Source: Dictyostelium discoideum
Taxonomy: Eukaryota
Direction: 5' to 3'
DNA: 64,000 bases
Assembly (NCBI GenBank): GCA_000004695.1
Contig: CM000155.2
Span: forward strand, 2,112,001 to 2,176,000
Below are positions 1 through 9,499 of the stretch, piece after piece. The notes under the pieces are model-generated. The model did no database searches, was not told the DNA's origin, and saw only the letters and a program-made list of their open reading frames with translations. Each line of letters begins with the position of its first letter. The stretch's first letter is position 1. Both the position numbers and the translations under genes were made by a program.

Positions 1-1591
1 AGCAACCTCACTTCTAGTATAACCCAATAAAATGAGATCTGGCCATTGATTCTTTTTAGCTACAGAGGAAATATCTTGAGCAGGATCAGTGGAATTAATA
101 AAGATTGGTTTAAATGGTAAACCAACTTCTTGTGAATCGTTTTGAATTGCTTCAACTGCTTCTCTCTTTTGAGCTGGTAAATTCTTGATATTATTTGAAG
201 TGCTATAGAAATAGGATGATGGTCTATCAGAGATTGGATGTAAGAACAATGATTTTACTCTATATTTCTTTTTGGATTCCTCATCGGATGGAGTGATAGC
301 TGCAGCGATATTTGTAAGAGCTGTACCAACTCTTGTGTTTGAAATGTATAATAAAATATTGAAACGACCTTTTTGTCTTGTCTCCATTGGAACTGTATTT
401 TGTCTTTCTTCCCATTTGGTCCAAAGGAAATGTACGATTGGTGTGGTCATAAATGTGGTGACCAAAGCCATAATGACAAACATGGTGAATGTGGTTTTAT
501 CCAATACATGAATATCCAAACCAATGTTTAATACGATTAACTCTACCAAACCTTTAGTGTTCATAAGGAAACCAATGGTTAAAGATTCTCTCCATGATTT
601 CTTTGTGAATCTACTTGCGAGTGTTGCACCACCAATTTTACCAAGACATGCAATGAAAATGATGAAAACTGTTAAACCACCAGCAGCACCACTATCAATT
701 GAACTGAGATCTGTACGGAGACCAGAGTAAGTGAAATACAATGGCAATAAGATGATTGTAACGAAATCTTCAATACTTTCTGTGACATGGATGTGGAAAC
801 CGTTGTGTCTTGGTGTGATGATACCCATTACGAATGCACCGAAAATTGAATGGACACCAATTACTTGAGTAAAGAAAGCGCAAACTAATGTGAGAATAAG
901 GATAACGACCAACATGTTATGTTTTTGTGCTTCGGTTCTAACAAAACGTTTGTAAAGAAAATCAATTCCAAATCTACCAACGGTACCCATGAATATTAAG
1001 AACCCAATTAACATGAGGAATGTCCAAAGGGCTGAAAGATTTACACCTTCATCACTACCGGATTTGATATTGTTACCCCATGAAACTACAATAGCCAACA
1101 AGATCCATGCAATTACATCATCAACTGAAGCAGCGGCAATTGAACTAATACCGACTCTTGTACCCATTAAATTACGTTCATTTAAAATACGAGCCAACAC
1201 TGGAAAAGCGGTAATGGAAATGGCAACACCAACGAAAACACAAAATAACCCGAAATTTGGTACAGTAACTGTGTCCTCATGGAATGGCATAAATTGATAT
1301 AATGTAGCGGCAAGACCAATACCCATTGCAAATGGAAGAATAATCGATGACAAAGAAATGATCATTGAGGCTTTAAGATTCTTTTTAAGAATGGATGCAT
1401 CAACTTCTAAACCAATCATAAACATAAAGAAAATTAAACCAATATTGGCAATAACATTCAATGTTGTGATTGATGAACCTGATGGGAAAACATTTACTGA
1501 AAAAGCAGTTGCTTTACTTAATACTGAAGGACCTAATAAAATACCAGTAATAACTTCAGAAATTACTGGTGGTTCTGTTTATAGGAGAGAG

Positions 1592-1640
<49 letters not shown>

Positions 1641-1864
1641 GTGGAACAGGGGGATAAGAATAAAAAAAAAAAAATAATAATAAACAGTTAATAAATTTTA
1701 TTATTTAAAAAAAAAAAAAAAAAAATTAACTTACGTTTTACAAAATTTAAAAGATAGCCTAATGCTCTTGAAATAATAACAATTAAAAGTACTTGTACAA
1801 TAAATAAACACACTGGATCTGTTAATGGATTTAAACCAGTTGCAATTGAAACACCTTCAGCCAT
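1..1864 (-). CDS. CPA2-family monovalent cation/H+ antiporter (Kha1/KefB/CHX-like); 5' part only, gene runs off window start
   Basis: Minus-strand ATG at 1864. Exon 1 is 1735..1864 (MAEGVSIATGLNPLTDPVCLFIVQVLLIVIISRALGYLLNFVK) with a GTAAGT donor. The 160-nt intron holds a ~55-nt poly(A) run; acceptor tataaacag ends at 1575. Exon 2 (1..1574) stays open to the window edge. Translation shows CPA2 signatures KQPPVISEVITGILLGPSVL and AFPVLARILNERNLMGTRVG. Plus-strand ORFs 272..1657 in the track are antisense artefacts. Confidence 0.85.
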
Positions 1865-2084
1865 GATTATTTATTTAATTTTTTTTTTTTTTTTTTTTTT
1901 TTTAACTCTTTTTCTTTATTTTATTTTATTTTTTTTTTTTTTAATCGGATTTGTGATTTACAAATTTAGTTTTTTTTTTTTATTTTGTTTTATTATATTT
2001 ATTTAAAAAAAAAAAAAAGTAGAAATAATATATATATATGTGTGTATTTATTAAACAAATAGTGATTTATTGTTTTAAATAATT

Positions 2085-2115
<31 letters not shown>

Positions 2116-2425
2116 GAATACTTCTTGTGGTGAATAATACACTTTAAAAAGGGGAATACACTAAAAAAAAAAAAAAAAAAATTTGGTGCGGCGGGTGAAA
2201 ATTTATATTCAAAAATTATTTTTAAAAAAAAAAAAATAAAAAAATAAAATAAAAAAATAAAAATTAAATAAAATTTTTTTTTAGAACACCCAACATGTGA
2301 TAGGGGAGCCTTACACGTTAACCCCTAACATTTTTTTAAAAAAAGATTTTCCAACCGACAATTTTTTTTTTTTGTACACCCCTGGTTTAAAAACAAAAGT
2401 TATCGACGGAATAATTTTTTTTTTG

Positions 2426-2479
<54 letters not shown>

Positions 2480-3874
2480 ATGAACAAACTCATCGCAAAT
2501 AAAATTATTTTATATTTATATATATATATATTTATATTCAATTTTAATAATACACCCCCCCCCCCTAAAAACCACAAAAAAATATTAATATTAAAATTAC
2601 CGGGCCATTTGTTATTTTTAATTTTTTTTTATATGACTATTAATAGTTTTATTTTATTTTTTTTATTTTTTTTATTTTTTTTTTTTTTTTGGGAACATCT
2701 ATTTTTAAAAATGTCCAAGTGAGAAAAATGATAAATACCTATTATTTTTTTTAATTCACAAAAGAAAATAATAATAATAATAATAAATAAAAAAAAAATA
2801 GATTATCTCAAAAAATAATTTAATTAATTTAATTAATACAAAATGAATTCATATAAAATTTTTTATTTATTTTTATTTCTTTTTTTTTTTTTTCTAAAAA
2901 AAATAAAACAAATACGCTCATAAAGCTATCACCCCACCAGAGTGTTTAATTTTTTCACCAGTCGCACTTAGTGTCTGGTGGGAAAGGTGTGAAAAACTGA
3001 AAGTTTGAAAGTTTTTTGGGGGCGAGAAAGAAATCAAAAAAAAAAAAATCAAAAAAAAAAAAAATCTAATCAAAAATACTAAAGTGCACCAAAAATCCAA
3101 TCAAAAACGAAAAGTTACACTAAAAAACACCAATAATCCAATAAAATTAAGTTCTAGAATAAAAGAATTTATTTTTAATTTTTATTTTTATTTTTCCTAA
3201 ATTTTATTTTTAACTTACACACATTATTTTTTCCCACCCTTTTCTATAATTAAATTATTAATAAATCTATGAAAACTAAATAAAATAAGGTTTGTGATCT
3301 TACTATTTCTATTCATTTTATTTACTTTCGAATTTTCATAGTTTGAGTTAAATAAACTATTTTACCACTATTTAATAATTGTTGATTTCTTTTTTTTTTT
3401 TTTTTTTTTAACTCATGGGTAACTTTAAAAAATAATTATCGGGATTGTGTTAGGAAGGATTATTGAATTTTATTTTTTTTATTTTTTTTTTTATTTTTTT
3501 ATTTTTTTTTTTCTTCACAAATTTTAAAATAAGGTCAAATTTTTTCATGCTCAGTATCATGTAAATTATCATTGTGTAGGATTAATTAAACCAGATTAGA
3601 AACTTCAATTCAATATGTTTAAAAAAAAAAAAAAAAATATAAAATAAAATAAAATAAAATCAAACCAAATAAATTAAATCAAAAATAGTGTCTTGTGGAA
3701 AAAAAAATAAAAAAAAAAATAAAAAAAAAAATAAAAAATTTATTAAATTAATCAGAAATTTCAGTTTGACATGGGGTTGAAATTGAATACTATGAATTAA
3801 ATAATTAATTGCTATTTTAGGTATCGTTTTAAAACTCATTCGTTTTATATAATTTCCAAAAAAAGGTATGAAAA

Positions 3875-3907
<33 letters not shown>

Positions 3908-4152
3908 AAAATTTTTAAAAAAAAAATAAAATAAAAAATGAATTGCCATATAAAATTAAACAAATGCATAAACATCCAAAGCCAATAAAAAAAAAAAAAA
4001 AAAATGAAAAATTCCATTTTTATAATTCATTATTATTATTTTTAATTGTTTTGTTAAAGTAAGACAAAAAAAAAAAACAAAACTAAATAAAATAAATTAT
4101 ATGAAAAAAAATTTTCTGTAGCCATTTTTTTTGGGTTTTAAAATTTTTCTAA

Positions 4153-4187
<35 letters not shown>

Positions 4188-4341
4188 TTTTTTTTAATTT
4201 TTTTTTTTTAAATTTTTTTTTTTTTTTTTTTATTGAACAAATTGATCAATAGATTTTTTGTATTTTATATTTTTTTTTTTTCATATATTTTCTTTATTAA
4301 ATTTTATTTATTTGTATAATTATTAATAACCAAATCATAAA

Positions 4342-5076
4342 ATGGTTTATCACTCACAATTCAACGACGAAAGTGCTGGTTTCAGATTAGTTGGTAATGT
4401 TCCAATTTTACCACTCAAAACTACACACAAAGGTCCAGCACCAAAAGGAGGTATGTTCATTTTAATTTAATTAAATATAATAAAAAAAAAAAAAAATAAA
4501 AAAAACAATAAAGAAAAGAAAAAAACGAAAATAAAAATTAAACTACAATATCCAAAAATTATATATTAACTCTTTTTTTTTTTTTTATTTTTTTAATTTA
4601 ATTATTGTCTTTTGATATTTTTTTTTTTTTTTTAATTTTTTTAATAATCAAAAACTTTCAAATAATGAAAATAAAATTATAATTGAAATAATCAAATTTA
4701 TTTATAGATGCCAACTCAGTTGATATTATCGATGAAGCACTCGATCTATTCAAAGCTAACATTTTATTCAGAAATTTTGAAGTTCAAGGTAATGGTGATC
4801 GTGTTTTAATTTATCTTACTCTTTACATTACCAAATGTCTTTTAAAGATTGCACCAATGAACAAAGCTGATGCTGAAAAAGCATTATTTTTAATTGCTCA
4901 AGAACAATTCTCAATTCCAGGTGAATCTGCTTTCCCATTAGGTGGTTTAGTAACTGTACCAAATACTCGTGATGGTAAGTTTAATCAAATATTCATTATT
5001 AATACAAGCAATAAGTGGTGTAATATGGAAGAGTATTTGTGCCATTGGATGTTTAGGAATAAGTTATATATTAAGG

Positions 5077-5137
<61 letters not shown>

Positions 5138-5180
5138 GCAATCACATGCAACATATTGGGATCCAGCAGTTTATTAAAAA

Positions 5181-5211
<31 letters not shown>

Positions 5212-5495
5212 AAGAAAAAGAGAGGATAGTGATAACAAGTACTTAATTATAACGCATTCACACCACTCTTACTTTAGATTTTTTACAACTTTGATATTTT
5301 TCATTCACTAACCTTTTTATCATCATCATTATTAATATTATTTTAGCTGCTGATACATTACGTCAATACTTCACCCAATTAAGATTGGAGCTCGGTGTTC
5401 GTCTCTGCCAACGTGTATATGCTGTTGACCCATCAAAAGCCAACAAATGGTGGATTTGCTTCTCAAAGAGAAAATTCTTAAACAAAGCCTTATAA
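4342..5495 (+). CDS. arcC: Arp2/3 complex subunit 3 (ARPC3, p21-Arc)
   Basis: Three exons: 4342..4450, 4708..4974, 5347..5495; donors GTATGT and GTAAGT, acceptors tatag and ttttag; phases are consistent. Product: MVYHSQFNDESAGFRLVGNVPILPLKTTHKGPAPKGDANSVDIIDEALDLFKANILFRNFEVQGNGDRVLIYLTLYITKCLLK...WWICFSKRKFLNKAL. This aligns along its length with metazoan ARPC3 (MPAYHS...LIGNMALLP...KGPAP...RTLIYITLYISECLKK...KWWTCFVKRQFMNKSL). Confidence 0.9.
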
Positions 5496-5924
5496 AAAAT
5501 CAAACACCATTAGTAAGATAGACTGAAATTAGTGATCGATCATCACTATTTTTTTAAAAAAAAAACAAAAAAAAAAAAAAAAAAAAACCAAACAAAACCC
5601 AAAATAAACTTGCAACAATAATAAAACAACTATTTAATTAATCATTAACCTTTGTACTTGTTCATAAAAAAGAAAATAAAATAAAAAAAAAACAAAACTG
5701 TTTTAAAACATATTGTTTGATAAAATTTTATTTTTTTGAGAATCAACTGGCCATTAAAAATATCCATTCAAATAAAAAAAAAAAAACTGATAATAAAAAA
5801 ATTCAAACAGTTTGAATGGATTTTTTTGATGGCTTTTTTTTTTTTTTGAATTGGATAACGCAATTATTATTTGCTTCTCCTTGAGATGCTAGATCTCATT
5901 TTATTTTTTTTTTTTTTTTTACAG

Positions 5925-6160
5925 GGTCTTTTTGATTAAAACATCTTTTTTGTCCAAACTTTTTTCTAAATCTTTTTTTATTTTATCGTCTGGTTCGTGA
6001 TTGATGTTTATGACGTATTTGAATTGTTTTTTTTTTAATTGAGTTTTATCCACAATTTCGCTTATTTTTTGTAGGCATTTGTGTTGCTTAATATTTGTGG
6101 TGTTGTTTGTGATTTTCATTTTATTTTCTTTCTATCTTTTTTATTTTTCTGATTAACTTG

Positions 6161-6216
<56 letters not shown>

Positions 6217-6226
6217 TTATAGAAAG
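5925..6226. repeat. Segmental duplicate of 7662..7976 (ORF1 start plus upstream B-module-like sequence including a poly(T) run)
   Basis: 5929..6150 is near-identical to 7662..7905 (tttgattaaaacatcttttttgtccaaacttttttctaaatc...gattttcattttattttctttctatcttttttatttttc). Both copies end in taacttggg followed by 50-57 T. The copy yields the truncated ORF 5919..6119 (MKITNNT...DVLIKKTL*). Confidence 0.75.
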
Positions 6227-6512
6227 TACTGAGTGAATTATTGTATTTTTTGAGATGTTTAGGAAGTTCTATTGCGGGTGTTGATGATGATTTGTGACAC
6301 CCCTTGTCCTGTTTTATCAATTGGTGCGTGGTGTGTTATTTTGTTTTTATATTGTTGATTTATTGAGTAAATTTTATTTGTTTTTATATTTGTTTCAGTT
6401 AGAAGTGCTGCGTCCAGCTTGTTGTTGTCTAAAACGGTGTTTATTATGCTGGCAGATTGGATGGTGTTGGATCCTTGGACGTTCCAAACACCTATTCTTA
6501 TTGTGTTTTTCT

Positions 6513-7847
6513 TTATAGTTTTATTTGGGGTAGATTTTTATCTACCTTTTGAAGTTTCTGGTTTATTTTGTCTTCTAACTGATCTTTACTTTGTTCGTTG
6601 TGTTGTTGGTCTTGTGTGTTTGTGGGGTTTTTTGATTTATTGATTTGTTTTAGAATTTCCTTGTTGAAGTTGTCTATATCTTCATCCATTTTTGTTTTTA
6701 TGCTTTTTTGTCCATATTCACCCAATTTTGGTTTGACTGGTGTTTTGTTGGTCTTGTTTGTTTTGTCTTGTTGTTTCTTTTTTGGTGTGTTTAACAATTT
6801 ACTTGGTGAATCGATAATTTTCGATGGTGTACCATAGGTTGGGCTGAAACTCATGATATGTTTTATTGGAGAGGAGAAGAACCATTGATTTGAAGGGATT
6901 GAAAGTGGGAATTCTATTTTTCTTATTGCATCAGTGTTTGGGCTGGTGAAGTCGAAGATATCATTTGCCTCTCTAAGTTTTTCTTCCGTTGTTAGTCCCT
7001 TTGTTTCGCCGTGTTGTTTTATTGGTGTATTGTATGGAGATGGTGGTTCGATAGGTTTTTCTGATTTTGTTTTAATTTCTTGATTGTTTATCGATTGTGT
7101 ATTGATCTCATTCTCTATTCTTGTTAGTTCATCTACGTTTTCTAGTGATGCTTCTATTACCTTTTGAGCTGTATCATCTAGGGCCATAAATGTTTTATCA
7201 TTAGATGAGGATGTGATTGGTGGGATAATGATTGTTCTTTTTCCTTGTTTTGGTATTTGTTCTGATGTAGATTGTGGTTGTTGTTCATCTGATTGTTTTT
7301 TATTTTTGTTTTCTTCTTGATTTTCTGGTAATGAGGTTTGATCTCTCCATCCTTTGTTGGAGTGTCCAATTAATGTTAGATTGTCTAGTTCAATGATAGT
7401 GTCAAATTCTTCTACGACTCTTTTCACTGTTTTGATAATTAGAGTTTCGCCTTTAATTTCTGATTTAATTAGTTTACATCCTTCATTTTCTATTACCCAT
7501 TCTATTTCTGTGAGTGATTTATACCAATCAAAATCTGTATACATATTTTTTGGTCTTATAGTGGTTATAAATTGTCCTTTTAATTCTGCATCAAACATAT
7601 TTACAAAATAGATTACTGTACTAATACTGTCTGTGAGAATTTTGAATGTATTATTACTTTTGATTAAAACATCTTTTTTGTCCAAACTTTTTTCTAAATC
7701 TTTTTTTATTTTATCGTCTGGTTCGTGATTGATGTTTATGACGTATTTGAATTGTTTTTTTTTTAATTGAGTTTTATCCACAATTTCGCTTATTTTTTGT
7801 AGGCATTTGTGTTGCTTAATATTTGTGGTGTTGTTTGTGATTTTCAT
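6513..7847 (-). CDS. ORF1-like protein of the TRE5-type element (444 aa, Lys/Gln/Thr/Pro-rich, no recognisable enzymatic motifs)
   Basis: Uninterrupted 444-aa ORF (MKITNNTTNIKQHKCLQKISEIVDKTQLKKKQFKYVININHEPDDKIKKD...). Its first 63 codons and upstream UTR recur at 5919..6119. No RT/APE (ORF2) sequence follows, so the element appears deleted for ORF2. Confidence 0.5.
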   Translation of the reverse strand: MKITNNTTNIKQHKCLQKISEIVDKTQLKKKQFKYVININHEPDDKIKKDLEKSLDKKDVLIKSNNTFKILTDSISTVIYFVNMFDAELKGQFITTIRPKNMYTDFDWYKSLTEIEWVIENEGCKLIKSEIKGETLIIKTVKRVVEEFDTIIELDNLTLIGHSNKGWRDQTSLPENQEENKNKKQSDEQQPQSTSEQIPKQGKRTIIIPPITSSSNDKTFMALDDTAQKVIEASLENVDELTRIENEINTQSINNQEIKTKSEKPIEPPSPYNTPIKQHGETKGLTTEEKLREANDIFDFTSPNTDAIRKIEFPLSIPSNQWFFSSPIKHIMSFSPTYGTPSKIIDSPSKLLNTPKKKQQDKTNKTNKTPVKPKLGEYGQKSIKTKMDEDIDNFNKEILKQINKSKNPTNTQDQQHNEQSKDQLEDKINQKLQKVDKNLPQIKL

Positions 7848-7925
7848 TTTATTTTCTTTCTATCTTTTTTATTTTTCTTTAAAAAGTTAAAAATCTGGAA
7901 ATTTTCTAATTAACTTGGGTCCCCG

Positions 7926-7976
<51 letters not shown>

Positions 7977-7979
<3 letters not shown>

Positions 7980-8460
7980 TCTTTTTTATATGAAAAATGA
8001 AATAATCAAAAAAAGAGATTGTTGTTGTTGTTTGTTTTTTTCGATCTGATTATTTTTTGCTTTTTTTTTGAAAATTTTGCTACGCAAAATTCTCAAAACG
8101 AAACAAATAATAAATTACAATAAAGTAAAAAGATGGCTTTTTAAAATAGTTTATTTATTTATTTATTTGTTTTTTAAGTCTTTTTTATATGAAAAATGAA
8201 ATAATCAAAAAAAGAGATTGTTGTTGTTGTTTGTTTTTTTCGATCTGATTATTTTTTGCTTTTTTTTTGAAAATTTTGCTACGCAAAATTCTCAAAACGA
8301 AACAAATAATAAATTACAATAAAGTAAAAAGATGGCTTTTTAAAATAGTTTATTTATTTATTTATTTGTTTTTTAAGTCTTTTTTATATGAAAAATGAAA
8401 TAATCAAAAAAAGAGATTGTTGTTGTTGTTTGTTTTTTTCGATCTCATTTTTTTTTTTTT
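7977..8460. repeat. Tandem repeat, 199-bp unit x about 2.4 (unit starts 7977, 8176, 8375); putative TRE5 A-module array
   Basis: Near-identical units beginning aagtcttttttatatgaaaaatgaaataatcaaaaaaagagattgttgttgttg...gctacgcaaaattctcaaaacgaaacaaataataaattacaataaagtaaaaagatggc. The third unit is truncated near 8445. A 50-nt poly(T) (7927..7976) precedes the array. Confidence 0.7.
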
Positions 8461-8505
8461 TTTTTGATGGCCAGTTACTTCTAAAAAAAAATAATTTTAT
8501 CCAAT

Positions 8506-8577
8506 TCCTCATTGGTGTAGTCGGTAACACTCTAGTCTTTCACACTGGTACCTCGGGTTCGATTCCCGAATGGGGAG
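8506..8577 (+). tRNA. tRNA-Glu(UUC): tRNA-Glu (anticodon UUC)
   Basis: TCCTCATTGGTGTAGTCGGTAACACTCTAGTCTTTCACACTGGTACCTCGGGTTCGATTCCCGAATGGGGAG. The 7-bp acceptor stem, D-arm (GTAGTCGGTAAC), anticodon loop cTTTCAc giving TTC, and T-arm GGTTCGATTCC are all canonical. Confidence 0.9.
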
Positions 8578-8879
8578 CTTTTACAACGATTCCCCAAAGA
8601 TCAATGGATCGATTCCCATGGGCTCTTTAATTGAATAAGAGATACCGAATTAGTATACTATATTTTTTAAAAAGTGTAAAAATCAGCCACACAAGATTAC
8701 ACATATAAAATCAAAAATTTAAAAAATCTTTGGTGAAAGACCCTCAGTTTATTCACAATATAAATGACTAGATAATAAAAATAGTAATTGTATTACTACA
8801 ATAATTCAACAGATCAGAGCACCAACCAATGAAACCACACGAAATCCACCAAGGTCCAAACGATTTCCCTAATAATATA

Positions 8880-9300
8880 AATAAATTAAGAAAATTAACT
8901 CTCAAATAAGCTTATTGTATTCCAGAATCATTCCTAACAATTATCTTTCCACCAATTCATTTAGCTGATTCCAATTCTATTATTTTGTTTCTTTAAATAC
9001 AAGCATATTTTAAAATGGATATCTTTAAAAAAAAATATAATTATAACTATAATTAAAATTGTTTATTTGATATTTTAAATTTTAAAAAAATAATTTCCTT
9101 TAACGGATAAACACTGATTAATATTACTTTAAATTTGTTTCTATTCAATTCCAACAATCCATTTTTCAATTTTTTCTATCCAACTAAGTTTTCATTCCTA
9201 ACAAAGATAATTCACAACTGGAAAAAAAAAAGTTGGATGCCATAACCTATAACTTATAGGTTAAAAATTCTGTCAGACTAATATCAAAAATAAAATAATA
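8880..9300. repeat. Copy of an uncharacterised interspersed repeat (also at 62790..64000)
   Basis: Shared blocks: ttgtattccagaatca(t/g)t(c/g)ct (8926; 62797; 63914), aattcctttaacgga(t/a)aaaca(c/t)tg(a/g)ttaata (9097; 63262), and taacctat...ataggtt-like segments. Similarity is about 70-80% with indels. It lies 0.3-0.8 kb downstream of the tRNA gene, where TRE3-type or other tRNA-associated element relics occur in this genome. Confidence 0.5.
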
Positions 9301-9499
9301 CAAATTAACCTATGGTCCAAGAAAATCTGAAATAAAAAATCCAAGAATAAAAAAAAAAAAAAAAACAAATAATATGTATCATACAAATAAAATAAAACTA
9401 ATCCAACAAACTTGAAATTTAAACATTATAAAAAAAAAAAAAAATTCAATAATTAAATTAATAATTATTGGTATTTTATTATTTTTATTATTTTTATTT

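Larger units (their letters stand above)
5790..8460 (-). mobile_element. TRE5-A-like (formerly DRE) non-LTR retrotransposon, short internally deleted form, about 46 bp upstream of tRNA-Glu and facing away from it
   Basis: Modular layout in minus orientation. It opens with 2.4 tandem 199-bp copies (A-module-like, 8460->7977). A poly(A) run follows, then a B-module-like segment holding the ORF1 start. ORF1 runs 7847->6513 and is followed by a ~290-bp CA-rich remnant. The ORF1 5' end plus upstream sequence is repeated a second time (6226->5925), as a 3'-UTR B-module would be. A short distal segment (5928->about 5790), tentatively the C-module, ends in oligo(T)/(A). The ~46-bp gap to the tRNA 5' end and the orientation fit known TRE5 integration behaviour. 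Family assignment rests on architecture and recalled module structure, not on sequence comparison. The 3' boundary is uncertain by about 100 bp. Confidence 0.55.

Noticed and set aside
272-1657. Plus-strand ORFs 272..511, 524..730, 989..1297, 1358..1657
   Set aside because: They lie antisense to the well-supported CPA2 antiporter exon 2 (or read through its poly(A)-containing intron). They have no homology-like features.
2297-4017. ORFs 2297..2722 (+), 2311..2577 (-), 2918..3100 (-), 3829..4017 (-)
   Set aside because: Translations are poly-K/poly-F/poly-I strings produced by homopolymer A/T tracts. No codon-like composition.
4857-5229. ORFs 4857..5138 and 4969..5229 (+)
   Set aside because: The first is ARPC3 exon 2 reading through its GTAAGT donor into a poly(A) intron. 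The second is an out-of-frame overlap.
6294-6837. Plus-strand ORFs 6294..6518, 6419..6643, 6598..6837 and minus 7178..7369, plus 7354..7611
   Set aside because: GT-rich plus strand gives Cys/Leu/Phe/Val junk. They overlap or are antisense to ORF1 of the retroelement.
7977-8460. Possibility that the 199-bp tandem array is a CRISPR-like or satellite array
   Set aside because: Eukaryotic genome. Units are contiguous with no unique spacers, and they abut a retroelement ORF1 plus a tRNA gene. They are best explained as repeated A-module units.
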